Notes under the pieces: model-generated | Seen by the model: the letters and a program-made list of their open reading frames with translations, nothing else | Database searches by the model: none | Told to the model about the DNA's origin: nothing | NCBI RefSeq assembly: GCF_009909145.1 | Contig: NZ_JAAAPJ010000005.1 | Coordinates: 336,470-400,469, forward strand | From: Corallococcus silvisoli | Lineage (GTDB): Bacteria; Myxococcota; Myxococcia; Myxococcales; Myxococcaceae | Reading direction: 5' to 3' | DNA length: 64,000 bases | Program-made: the position numbers and the translations under genes | Shown: one piece after another, positions 24,116-33,079 of the stretch | Layout of the letters: each line of letters begins with the position of its first letter | How positions within the stretch are numbered: the stretch's first letter is position 1

Positions 24116-24592
24116 TCACCCGCCCGCCGGGCGACGGGGCAGCACCAGCTTCGCGGTGAGCACCTGCAGCACCTCTCCCTTCTGGTTGCGGGTCTCGCTG
24201 CGCACGACGGCGATGCCCCGGTCCGGCCGCGTGCGCGAGGGAATGAGCTCCAGCACCTCGCTCTCCACGTGCAGCACGTCCCCCGGACGCGTGGGCTTCG
24301 GCCAGCGCAGCTCCCCGCCCGCCCCCACGATGCCCCCCTTGAACGGCAGCCCGCTCTGGACGTTGAGCTTCATGGTGAGCGCCGCCGTGTGCCAGCCGCT
24401 CGCCGCAAGTCCCTCGAACAGCGTGTCCCGGGCCGCGTCATCGTCCAGGTGGAACCCCTGCGGATCGAACTCCCGCGCGAAGGCGACGATCTGCGCCGCG
24501 TCCAGCGCGTGCGTGCCGCTGATGAACTTCTGGCCCACCTGGAGGTCGTCCAGGCAGAACTCCTTGCGCCCACCCTCTTGCGACGAAGCCAT
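24116..24592 (-). CDS. MaoC-like (R)-hydratase/dehydratase hot-dog protein
   Basis: FAREFDPQGFHLD and ASGWHT, typical of the MaoC dehydratase fold. The track ORF 24116-25171 is trimmed to ATG 24592. Confidence 0.85.
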   Translation of the reverse strand: MASSQEGGRKEFCLDDLQVGQKFISGTHALDAAQIVAFAREFDPQGFHLDDDAARDTLFEGLAASGWHTAALTMKLNVQSGLPFKGGIVGAGGELRWPKPTRPGDVLHVESEVLELIPSRTRPDRGIAVVRSETRNQKGEVLQVLTAKLVLPRRPAGG

Positions 24593-24746
24593 GTCCACGT
24601 CCTTCCCAAATGGATGCATATCCAGATGATGAGGATAATGCATTCTTTGGGGACCGCGCCGCACCACCCGTGCGTGCCACCGCGTCCTCCGCGCCGAGCC
24701 GAGGGCGCGGGGTGCCGCCGAACGTCGAGCATCGCGCGTCCTCCCG

Positions 24747-26189
24747 GTGCGGGAGGAGCCGGGGCCCCGGAGCCTGGGGTATGAGCACGGGGTGCTCGTG
24801 TCCTCGCGCGTCCGCTCCCTGCTGTCCCTCCTCACCGTGGCCATGACGGGAGGGGGCGCGTCCGTGGCCTGGGCCGAGGAGGAGCCCGGGGCCGCCTCCG
24901 GCCCGCCGGAGGTCGCGGAGGTGCGGGTGGAGGGCGTGGACAAGACGAGGCCCTCGACGGTGCGTTCGTACGCGCGGCTGGACGTGGGTGACACCGTCGA
25001 CGAAGAGCTGCTGCGCAAGGTGGAGCGGCGCCTGCTGGCCACGGGCCTGTTCCAGGAGGCCCACGCGAGCACGGAGCCCCTGCCCGACGGCCGCGTGCGG
25101 CTGGTGCTGAAGGTGACGGACAAGGCGTCGTGGGTGGTGGCCCCGACGGTGGCCTTGTCCTCCGCCAACACCGGCGGCGGCCTGCTCTACGCGGAGAACA
25201 ACCTGGCCGGCCGCGCGAAGAAGTTCGCCGTCGCCGGGCAGGTCAGCACCGCCGAGAGCGGCCTGTACGTGGGCTTCCTGGACCCGCTCCTCTTCGGCCT
25301 GCCCCAACTGAAGTTCAGCCTGGAGGGCCAGCTGCGCAGCGACCGCGTGGACGAGTACCTTCCAGGGGCGAGCCAGGCGGATCCGGAGATCCTCCGGCGC
25401 ACGCGGCTCAACTCCGCGGCCCTGGGCGCGGAGCTGGGCTTCATCCTCTTCGAGCGGGTGCGCGCGGCGGCGAAGTACCGCGTGTCCAGCATCGACGCGC
25501 AGTCGCCGGACCCGAAGAAGCCGGTCACAGCGCAGGCGTTCTCCACCGGCCCCGCCCTGCGCGACACGTCGCTGCGCTTCATGGTGGGCCTGGACTCGCG
25601 CCAGACGCTGCACGCGGTGACGGAGGGCCTCAACCTGGAGGGCTCCTACGAGGTGTCCGTCCCGGGCGTGTGGAGCGAGTTCCGCTACCGCAAGTTCAGC
25701 GTCCTCTACCGCCAGGGCCTGCGCTTCTTCAGCGAGCACAACCTGGTGCTGCGCGGCGAGCTGAACGTGGGAAAGGACCTGCCCTTCCACCAGGAGCTGG
25801 TGATGGGCGGCACCACCCTGCGGGGCTTCCAGTACCGCCAGTTCCGCGGCGACACCCGGCTCACCCTCAGCGCCGAGTACCACTTCCCGCTCTTCTCCGT
25901 GAAGTCGCTGGCCTTCCGCGGCGTGGGCTTCTCCGACACGGGCGCCATCGCGTGGAGGGACCTGCCCGCGGATGGAACGCTGACCGACACCACCGGTCGC
26001 GTCATCCGCCGTTACCTGCCGGAGTCCAGGTCCGGCCTGGACCACGCCACCGTGGCCCAGGGCGTGGGCGCGGGCCTGCGGCTGTACTTGAGCAACGTCG
26101 TCCTGCCCCTGCTGGGCGTGGACGTCGCGTACGGCGTCAACTCCGGCCAGGTGCGCGTCTACCTCGTGGCCGGAGTCACGCCCTCCTGA
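24747..26189 (+). CDS. Omp85/BamA-family outer-membrane protein with one POTRA-like domain
   Basis: Signal peptide ...LLSLLTVAMTGGGASVAWA. POTRA-like VRVEGVDKTRPSTVRSYARLDVGDTV. C-terminal beta-barrel region (bacterial surface antigen type). Start uncertain: GTG 24747, 24792 or 24798. Confidence 0.75.
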   Translation: MREEPGPRSLGYEHGVLVSSRVRSLLSLLTVAMTGGGASVAWAEEEPGAASGPPEVAEVRVEGVDKTRPSTVRSYARLDVGDTVDEELLRKVERRLLATGLFQEAHASTEPLPDGRVRLVLKVTDKASWVVAPTVALSSANTGGGLLYAENNLAGRAKKFAVAGQVSTAESGLYVGFLDPLLFGLPQLKFSLEGQLRSDRVDEYLPGASQADPEILRRTRLNSAALGAELGFILFERVRAAAKYRVSSIDAQSPDPKKPVTAQAFSTGPALRDTSLRFMVGLDSRQTLHAVTEGLNLEGSYEVSVPGVWSEFRYRKFSVLYRQGLRFFSEHNLVLRGELNVGKDLPFHQELVMGGTTLRGFQYRQFRGDTRLTLSAEYHFPLFSVKSLAFRGVGFSDTGAIAWRDLPADGTLTDTTGRVIRRYLPESRSGLDHATVAQGVGAGLRLYLSNVVLPLLGVDVAYGVNSGQVRVYLVAGVTPS

Positions 26190-26195
26190 GCGCCC

Positions 26196-27164
26196 TCAGC
26201 TGGCGCGGGCGCTGACGTCCGCGTCCGCCGGGTCCGGGACCTTCACGCCGGGCCAGTCCTCCGGCGCCAGGTCCAGGCTGAAGGGCGGCGCCTCGCCGCG
26301 CAGCGTGTGCCACAGCGCGTAGTCCGCGCACAGCGCCTGCGCGATGCGGCCGGACGTCGTGCGAACGCGCTCCACGACCGCCTGATGCTCCTCGGGCGTC
26401 TGCGCCTCCAGCATCGCGACGACGTTCTCCCAGACGCGCTGCCGCCAGACGATGAGCATCTGCATGACGGCCCGCTCCACCATGGGGCGGCTGAAGGGCA
26501 CGAGCAGGACGAGCTTCGTGGACGTGCAGTGGTAGCGCTCGACGAGCAGATCCAGACACTCGGGGATGCACGAGCGGAGGATCTCATTCACGTGGAAGTA
26601 GTCGTGCCGGTAGCGCGCCATGCGCCGCGCATCCGCCGGGGGAGACTGGTGCGCGATGTTGTCGTAAACGACCATGCCCAGGTCGTGGTTGATGTGCGCG
26701 CTGACGCCCAGGAGCGCGTCCTGGAACGGCCGCGTGAGTCGCTGGGCCGGATAGTGCGTCGCGAAGCGCCAGGCGGCCGTGGGCAGCGGCAGGTTCTTCA
26801 GCGAGTCCCGCACCGCGATGAGCGCCTCCTCCGCGAAGCGGCCCGTCAGATGCGACAGCCACTCGGGCTCCAGGAACCCGCCCGCGTCCGGCTGGCTCAA
26901 CAGGTGGACCACCCGCCGTGTGACAATGGCGTAGATGTCCAGGAAGATGGCGCGTGAATCATCCCGTGCGTTCAGCCGGGCGAGGATCTTCTCCAGACCC
27001 TCCAGCGCTTCCTCCGCGTTGATGGGATTCCAGAGGACGTCATCCAGTTGGATGGGGCCCGTGTCTTCCGGGGCCTTCGTCTCATGGAGGTGGACGGCCT
27101 TCGAACGATTCTTCCGGTGCGGCTCGGGGGAAACCGGTGAAACATTCATGGAGTGACGCTCCAC
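26196..27164 (-). CDS. Hypothetical protein, DUF5995-like
   Basis: DSRAIFLDIYAIVTRRV and GVSAHINHDLG resemble the DUF5995 family as I remember it. Alternative start ATG 27149. Confidence 0.6.
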   Translation of the reverse strand: MERHSMNVSPVSPEPHRKNRSKAVHLHETKAPEDTGPIQLDDVLWNPINAEEALEGLEKILARLNARDDSRAIFLDIYAIVTRRVVHLLSQPDAGGFLEPEWLSHLTGRFAEEALIAVRDSLKNLPLPTAAWRFATHYPAQRLTRPFQDALLGVSAHINHDLGMVVYDNIAHQSPPADARRMARYRHDYFHVNEILRSCIPECLDLLVERYHCTSTKLVLLVPFSRPMVERAVMQMLIVWRQRVWENVVAMLEAQTPEEHQAVVERVRTTSGRIAQALCADYALWHTLRGEAPPFSLDLAPEDWPGVKVPDPADADVSARAS

Positions 27165-27255
27165 GGCTGGGGGAACGACTTCGCATGAAACCTTATCTCA
27201 CCCGGTACTTTCTGTAACGCCAGCCCCCCCGGAAAAACGCTTTGTTTCAGCGAAT

Positions 27256-27282
27256 CCCCGCGTGTCGACATGACACGCGGGG
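27256..27282 (-). terminator. Perfect 11-bp inverted repeat 24 nt downstream of the cytochrome gene stop
   Basis: CCCCGCGTGTC-gacat-GACACGCGGGG. On the minus strand a second small hairpin and a TTTTT run follow about 20 nt later. Confidence 0.5.
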
Positions 27283-27305
27283 CATTTGTCACCCGCTTGT
27301 GGCAC

Positions 27306-28559
27306 TCAGGGCGCGGTGCCTTCGCTCACGCCACTGCCCGTCTTGCCCAGCACATACTTCGCGAGCGTGAGGGCGTTGGCCTCGTCGAGGAGGGATTCGT
27401 AGGTGGGCATCTGCGTCCCGGGCTTGAAGGACTCCGGGTTGCGGATCCACTTCGCCACCTCTTCGGCGGGCTTGCCCTTCGCGCCCTGGAGCTTGGCCTC
27501 GAACTGCTTGTTGGCGCCGTGGCACGAGGCGCAGCCCAGGGAGCTGAACAGCTTCTCCGGGTCGTTGGTGGGCTCCGCCTTGGGACGGCCACCGGCGGGG
27601 GGCGGCACGGCCTTGTCGTTGGCCTTCATCGTGCGCAGGAAGGTGTAGATGGCGGTGAGCTCCACGTCGTCCGCGTAGCGGTACTTGGGCATCGGCGCGC
27701 GCAGGATGTAGCCGCCCGGCGTCACACCGGTCTTCATCGCGAGCTTGAACTCCTCCAGCGTCCACTTTCCGATACCGGCCGTCTCGCTGGGGGTGATGTT
27801 GGGCGACAGCAGCTTGCCCTCGCCGCCCATGGGCGTGAGGTCGAACTCGAAGCCGCCGCTCAGCACCGTGTCCGGGTTCTTCAGCTTCGCCGCGCTGCCC
27901 TCGAAGCCGGGCGAGTGGCAGAAGACGCAGTCGTAGACGCTGGCGGACACGTAGCGGCCGTACTCCACGGAGTCCGCCGCCTTCGCGGGGATGACCACCG
28001 GCTCCGTGCGGGCCTTGTCGTTGATGCCCATCGCGAAGGAGAACACCATCCGGCCCATGGGCGTCAGCACGGAGCGCGGCGGCTGGGACTGCTCCGGCGC
28101 GAAGTCCGGGTGACCGGAGCGCATGAAGCCAATCACCGCCGCCAGGTCCTTGTCGCCCATGTTGGGGAAGGCCGGCATGGGGCGCACGTGGTTGTCACGG
28201 TCGATGGCGTTGATGACCATGCGGGCGATCTCCTCGTCCTTCCAGGCGCCCACGCCCTTCTCCGGATCCGAGGTGATGTTCGCCGAGTAGAACGTGCCCA
28301 GCTCCGGCGGGAAGTCGTGCATCTGCACGCCGGTGGGCTTCGTGTTGCCGCCGCCAGCGTGACACTCGGCGCACACCGCGCGGAACACCTGCTCACCGCG
28401 GGCGATGCCCTCCGGTGAGCTGTCTCGCTGGATGTTCGGCAGTGCCACGTCCGCGTAGGACTTGTTGATCTTGTGGGTGGCGACACCCATCGCGGTGCCC
28501 GCGCCAATCAAGACCAGGACGACCAATGCTCCAAGGGCCAGCAGTATCTTCTTCACCAT
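27306..28559 (-). CDS. Membrane-anchored tri-haem c-type cytochrome
   Basis: N-terminal TM helix and three CxxCH motifs (CAECH, CVFCH, CASCH). Resembles the cytochrome c subunits of membrane-bound dehydrogenases. Confidence 0.85.
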   Translation of the reverse strand: MVKKILLALGALVVLVLIGAGTAMGVATHKINKSYADVALPNIQRDSSPEGIARGEQVFRAVCAECHAGGGNTKPTGVQMHDFPPELGTFYSANITSDPEKGVGAWKDEEIARMVINAIDRDNHVRPMPAFPNMGDKDLAAVIGFMRSGHPDFAPEQSQPPRSVLTPMGRMVFSFAMGINDKARTEPVVIPAKAADSVEYGRYVSASVYDCVFCHSPGFEGSAAKLKNPDTVLSGGFEFDLTPMGGEGKLLSPNITPSETAGIGKWTLEEFKLAMKTGVTPGGYILRAPMPKYRYADDVELTAIYTFLRTMKANDKAVPPPAGGRPKAEPTNDPEKLFSSLGCASCHGANKQFEAKLQGAKGKPAEEVAKWIRNPESFKPGTQMPTYESLLDEANALTLAKYVLGKTGSGVSEGTAP

Positions 28560-28594
28560 GGGGAACGTTGCTCCGGCAGGACGGGGACACGGCT

Positions 28595-28629
28595 CTCCGC
28601 CGGTCCCCTCGAAAGGGGAGCCGGCGGAG
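28595..28629 (-). other. Intercistronic stem-loop (14 bp with one bulge)
   Basis: CTCCGCCGGTCCCC-tcgaaa-GGGGAGCCGGCGGAG, between the lipoprotein stop (28662) and the cytochrome start (28559). No T-tract. Confidence 0.4.
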
Positions 28630-28661
28630 CGGAGGCGTTGGGACGGGGTGTGACGGGGGTG

Positions 28662-29774
28662 CTACTGCCCGGGCACGCAGGTGCTGGGCGGGGGAATCGA
28701 CGGCGTCGTCGACGGGGTGCTGCTCGCCATCTGGAGGCCGGCGAACGTGACGATGCCGGGGATCTGCGGAATGGCCAGCGCCTGGAGCAGCCAGGGCCGC
28801 CCCTCCGGCGCGCTCGTCGTGGAGTCCTTCGCCGTGTACGTGACGACCGGCGGCGGGCCCATCAGCGGCGGGTGGACGACGGCGACCAGGCCCAGGCTGC
28901 TGTTGGGGGCGGGCGGGCCGGGCGGGATGAAGAAGCCGCGCGGCGACTGGAGCGGCGCCAGCGGCGGCGGCAGCGCGCCCACCGGTGCCCACTCGATGTT
29001 GAGCACGCGGCCGGACGTGGCCTCCACGGTGGTGTTCGCCGCGGGCACGCGGAAGACGGGGAACCCCGGGCGGTAGAGCCAGAAGACCGTCACGCCGCCG
29101 AAGCGGGCCGGGTTGAGCAGGTCCTGCACCGTGACGGAGGTGCCCTCGGAGCTCAGGCGCCGGGCCACCGCGTCCAGGATGCCCTTGTCGCTCACCTGGA
29201 GCGCCTCCAGGCCCACGCACGCGCTGTGGGCCGGCACCACCGGACGCACGGTCATCGTGGTCAGGTAGTTGCCTTCCACGACGGGCGGCAGCGGCGGCGA
29301 CGGGGCGTCGTTGGCCAGCGTGCCCTGCTGTCCCAGCGACAGGACGAAGAACGGCGCGCCCCGGCGGGTGGGCACCTTCTCCAGGGTCCACAGGCCCGTG
29401 GGCCCGGACACCACGGGCGCGGGCGGCGGGGGCGGCTGCCCCGTGGCCGGGTCCGGCACCGTGTCCTGCAGGGTCACCAGCGCGTTGCGCACCACCGAGC
29501 GCTGCAGCAGCGGGCTGAACTCCGCGTACAGCGGCGGCAGCTGGCACTGCGTGCCCGGCGGGGCGCAGTTGGCCAGGTTGATGAAGTAGGCCTCCGGATC
29601 CACCGTGAAGCCGGTGAGCCGGGAGGTCAGACCCTCCGGCTCGCGGTTCTGGTAGTTCGGGCGCGGGATGAACGTCGACACCGCGGGGGAGGAGGATTCC
29701 TGGCAGCCGGCGCCCAGCAGGGCCGCGCCAAGGAGCGTTCCAACGTAGAGGGCTCTTTGCATGGCTCGTCGCAT
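28662..29774 (-). CDS. Lipoprotein of unknown function
   Basis: Lipobox LLGAGC. Starts 3 nt after the upstream stop. No recognisable domain. Confidence 0.8.
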   Translation of the reverse strand: MRRAMQRALYVGTLLGAALLGAGCQESSSPAVSTFIPRPNYQNREPEGLTSRLTGFTVDPEAYFINLANCAPPGTQCQLPPLYAEFSPLLQRSVVRNALVTLQDTVPDPATGQPPPPPAPVVSGPTGLWTLEKVPTRRGAPFFVLSLGQQGTLANDAPSPPLPPVVEGNYLTTMTVRPVVPAHSACVGLEALQVSDKGILDAVARRLSSEGTSVTVQDLLNPARFGGVTVFWLYRPGFPVFRVPAANTTVEATSGRVLNIEWAPVGALPPPLAPLQSPRGFFIPPGPPAPNSSLGLVAVVHPPLMGPPPVVTYTAKDSTTSAPEGRPWLLQALAIPQIPGIVTFAGLQMASSTPSTTPSIPPPSTCVPGQ

Positions 29775-29777
29775 CCC

Positions 29778-31688
29778 CTACTTCGCGGGGAGGATGTGTC
29801 GGGAGGGAAGCTGATCGCCGCCGTGGCACGTCTGCGCGCAGTTGCCGAACCGGCTGGGCGTGCCGCGCTGACTGAAGGCGATCTGGAAGAACTCGTCACC
29901 GTGCTGAGACACGTGGCACGAGCCGCACAGCGACAGGCTGGGCCGCTCGGTGCTCTTGCGCGTCAGGTGGCAGACGGTGCAGTCCGCGCGGTTCGCCGGG
30001 TAGCTGGGCGAGTTCATGTGGATGCGGTGCACCATCTCCTGCGTGCGGCCCACCGTGTCGGTGTCGTAGTGGTGGCACACCTTGCAGCTCTCGATGTGGT
30101 CCACCGACAGGCCGTGGCGCAGGTTGTCCAGCGACAGCACGCCGCGGTGGCACAGCTGGCAGTTGCCCACGTTGCCCGGGTAGGTCGTCGGCTCGTCCTG
30201 GCCCACCTGGAAGAAGAACGGCGACATCTTCGCCACGCGCTCGCCCATGGCGGCGCGGTTGAACTTCACCAGCGCCACGTAGGTGCCCGGCTTCGCGTCC
30301 GCGGGCAGCGTGAACGTCTGGCGCGTGGGCCACTTGAAGTCGACGAGGCCCGGCGTCAGCCCCGTGAGCGTGGCGTCATCCAGGAAGGCGAACGGGAACG
30401 GCTTGGCGAAGAACTGGGGCTTGTCGCCCGGGTCGCCCAGCACCTTCAGGTCCTGGATGGGACCGGCGATGGCCACGTTGGAGATGGAGTCGTTCTCCGT
30501 GATGATCCCGATGACGTTGGGGACGAACGTCATGATGCCGTTGGCCTGGTTGGTGATGATCTCCTTCGCGGACGGCAGCAGGTCCGGCGAGTGCAGGTGG
30601 GCGCCCGCGCTGTCGCGCAGGTCGACGTACATGCTCACGTCCTCGCCGGGCTTGTAGAAGCTGCCCTCCTTCGGGGGCGAGAACACCAGCCGCGAGTCCA
30701 GGCCCGGGCTGCACTGCACCGCATTGCCGCTGTCGTCGGTGCAGGTGGACGGGCGGTCATCCGGGATGACGTACGTCACCGGGAAGTAGAACGGGCGGTC
30801 CGGCAGCTGGCTCCAGGTCGCCTTGAGCGCGCCGGGGCCCGACAGGCGCGGGATGCGCAGCACCTTGAAGGGGTTGGTGCTGCCCACCATGTCCACGCGC
30901 GCGATGGTGCGGAACGTGGGGCCCTGCGCCATGCCACCCGGGAAGCCCGCCACGTTGCGGGTCTCCTTGTCACCGGGGAAGCGCGGCGCCTGCAGGTTCT
31001 CCGAACGCCAGGAGAAGCGGCTGTGGCCCGCGTAGGGCGAGGACGCCAGCAGCTCCGAGCGCAGGTACGTCTGGCTGGCGCGCGGGGCGCCCGTCTCGTC
31101 CAGCACCTCCACGGTGATGGTGTCGCCCTTCACCTTCTGCCAGTTCGCGTTGCCGAACTGCACCTCGCGGGTCCAGCAGTCCTCCACGGCCCCGCCGAGG
31201 CTGTAGAAGCTCCACTCGTCCGCGCCCTGGTTGACGTTGCTCCAGTCCAGGCCCGCGAAGACCGACTGGTTCTTGATCCACCCCAGCGCGGCGCTCAGGT
31301 CGGTGGGGTTGGTGTGCTGGTTGACCACCGTCTCCGAGACGGAGAACTGGTTCAGGAAGTACTGGGTGTCCGACAGGATCTGCAGCGTGCCCGTGGGGGG
31401 CGACAGCGTCAGCGGATCCTGGCCGAGCGGCGTGATGCACACGTCCGGGTACGGGACGGGCACTCCGTTCTTCGCGACCATCTGCCCGTTGGGAAGAAAG
31501 GCGCAGCCGTTGATGTACTGGAGGCTGAGCCGGATCGCGCCGGAATCAAGCCCCTGGTACGGGTCGAACCGCTTGGCGCCGCGCCCCGTGGTGGAGCCTT
31601 CGTCGTCGGTGACCTTGAGGAGGTTGCAGGACAGCAGGGGCACCAGCAGGGCGCACCACGCGCTCTTGCGTAGGATTGAGCGGATCAT
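29778..31688 (-). CDS. Multihaem c-type cytochrome lipoprotein (4 CxxCH + 1 CxxxCH)
   Basis: Lipobox-like LLSC after MIRSILRKSAWCALLVP. C-terminal CQLCH, CKVCH, CTVCH, CGSCH and CAQTCH. Large beta-rich N-terminal region. The track ORF is trimmed to ATG 31688. Confidence 0.8.
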   Translation of the reverse strand: MIRSILRKSAWCALLVPLLSCNLLKVTDDEGSTTGRGAKRFDPYQGLDSGAIRLSLQYINGCAFLPNGQMVAKNGVPVPYPDVCITPLGQDPLTLSPPTGTLQILSDTQYFLNQFSVSETVVNQHTNPTDLSAALGWIKNQSVFAGLDWSNVNQGADEWSFYSLGGAVEDCWTREVQFGNANWQKVKGDTITVEVLDETGAPRASQTYLRSELLASSPYAGHSRFSWRSENLQAPRFPGDKETRNVAGFPGGMAQGPTFRTIARVDMVGSTNPFKVLRIPRLSGPGALKATWSQLPDRPFYFPVTYVIPDDRPSTCTDDSGNAVQCSPGLDSRLVFSPPKEGSFYKPGEDVSMYVDLRDSAGAHLHSPDLLPSAKEIITNQANGIMTFVPNVIGIITENDSISNVAIAGPIQDLKVLGDPGDKPQFFAKPFPFAFLDDATLTGLTPGLVDFKWPTRQTFTLPADAKPGTYVALVKFNRAAMGERVAKMSPFFFQVGQDEPTTYPGNVGNCQLCHRGVLSLDNLRHGLSVDHIESCKVCHHYDTDTVGRTQEMVHRIHMNSPSYPANRADCTVCHLTRKSTERPSLSLCGSCHVSQHGDEFFQIAFSQRGTPSRFGNCAQTCHGGDQLPSRHILPAK

Positions 31689-31909
31689 GGAAGACGAGGC
31701 CGGGGGAAGGCAGAGGGAGGAAGGGAAGGAGGTGCACTCACGCGCAGGCCCACGCGTCCTACCCTTCCCGACGCCGCCACCACTTCGCCACGCGAAGTCG
31801 GTGAGGGCCGGCAAGGGTTGGGAGGAGAACACCTCATCGCATCAAACTGACCACATTATGAGAGTCCGCGCAATTCGCGAACCTCCCGGGGAATACCGGA
31901 CACGGTGGA

Positions 31910-32851
31910 TCAGCGGCCTCCCGGGAGGAGAAGGAAGCCCGCGGACAACAAGAGCGCGAAGACGAGCCCCAGGCCCGCCGTCCTGCCCAGGTGGGGATTG
32001 AGGGCGCTGCCGTCCTCGCGCCAGATGGCGCGGATCTCCCGGGCCGCCAGCGGGAGCGCCAGCAGCGGACAGAGCCACGCCAGCGGGTGTCCCGGCAGCG
32101 TCATCCAGGAGATGACGGGGATGACGAACGCGCCGACCACCGCCACCGTGTACTCCCACTGACCGAAGGCCCGGCCAAAGCGCACCACCAGCGTGCGCTT
32201 GCCGGCGGCCCTGTCCGTGTCGCGGTCCCGCAGGTTGTTCACCGCGAGGATTCCGGACGCGATGAGCCCCATGGACAGGCCCGCGAGCACGACGCCCGGC
32301 GTGACGTGGTGGGCGAGCACGGCGTAGCTGCCGGACACCCCGGACAGGCCGAAGATGAGCAGCACCAGCACGTCCCCCAGGCCCATGTAGCCCAGGGGCA
32401 CCGGGCCCGCGGAATAGAAGACCGCGCCCGCGAGACAGAAGGCGCCGCCCGCGAACACGGGCCAGCCCCCCACCGGGGTCAGCACCAACAGCGCGAGCAT
32501 GGAGCCAGCGAACGCCAGGGCCGCGGCGCTCGCCACCTCGCGCGCGCTCAGCCAGCCCTTCTGGGTGACGCGCGCGGGCCCCAGCCGCTCGGCCGTGTCC
32601 GCGCCGCGCTCGAAGTCCGCGTAGTCGTTCACCAGGTTGCTGACGATCTGCATCAGCACGAAGCCCACCAGGAACGTGAGCGCTGGCGCGGGCCGCCAGC
32701 TGCCTTCCGCGTTGGCGAAGGCCCAACCCAGCAGGGTCGGAGCCACCGACGCGGTCAGCGTCTTGGGGCGCAGCGCGAGCCACCAGATGCGCGCCAACGG
32801 GGGTTTTGCTTCAAGCGCGACACTCGACGACGGGGGATTCGGAGTGGCCAT
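31910..32851 (-). CDS. menA: 1,4-dihydroxy-2-naphthoate polyprenyltransferase
   Basis: UbiA-family polytopic protein with the NDYADFERGAD motif and MenA-like overall pattern. ATG 32851 preferred over the track start 32908. Confidence 0.8.
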   Translation of the reverse strand: MATPNPPSSSVALEAKPPLARIWWLALRPKTLTASVAPTLLGWAFANAEGSWRPAPALTFLVGFVLMQIVSNLVNDYADFERGADTAERLGPARVTQKGWLSAREVASAAALAFAGSMLALLVLTPVGGWPVFAGGAFCLAGAVFYSAGPVPLGYMGLGDVLVLLIFGLSGVSGSYAVLAHHVTPGVVLAGLSMGLIASGILAVNNLRDRDTDRAAGKRTLVVRFGRAFGQWEYTVAVVGAFVIPVISWMTLPGHPLAWLCPLLALPLAAREIRAIWREDGSALNPHLGRTAGLGLVFALLLSAGFLLLPGGR

Positions 32852-32916
32852 GTGACCCTGGGGGAAGGGCAGCAGGCGCACGCTAGTGCTACAAAACATC
32901 CGTATCAATACGTCTC

Positions 32917-33066
32917 ATGTCTCAAATGAAACATCCTCACTCTCAGGAATCATGTGTTTTATCGCCCAGAAACGTAAAAACCGATAACTCGAAACACGCG
33001 CATCCGGCGCGACGGCACCAGAGCAGAATAAGCAGATTTACGAGCTTAAAATGCTCTCCCGGGTGA
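32917..33066 (+). CDS. Candidate 49-aa small ORF in an AT-rich intergenic region
   Basis: MSQMKHPHSQESCVLSPRNVKTDNSKHAHPARRHQSRISRFTSLKCSPG. Low GC3 and no SD sequence. Ends 14 nt before the lipoprotein gene. Shares the MS-x-MKH start with the ORF at 37518. Confidence 0.2.
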   Translation: MSQMKHPHSQESCVLSPRNVKTDNSKHAHPARRHQSRISRFTSLKCSPG

Positions 33067-33079
33067 TAAGACCCGGGGC

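Noticed and set aside
27256-27282. GTGTC-N5-GACAC core of the inverted repeat as an MrpC/CRP-type binding site
   Set aside because: The MrpC-type consensus I recall has an 8-bp spacer. The 11-bp perfect arms, placed directly after a stop codon, fit a transcript-end hairpin better.
28473-31673. 1066-aa plus-strand ORF across the cytochrome cluster
   Set aside because: It is antisense to three minus-strand genes that carry lipoboxes and CxxCH motifs. The translation is Arg/Gly/Ala/His-rich junk.
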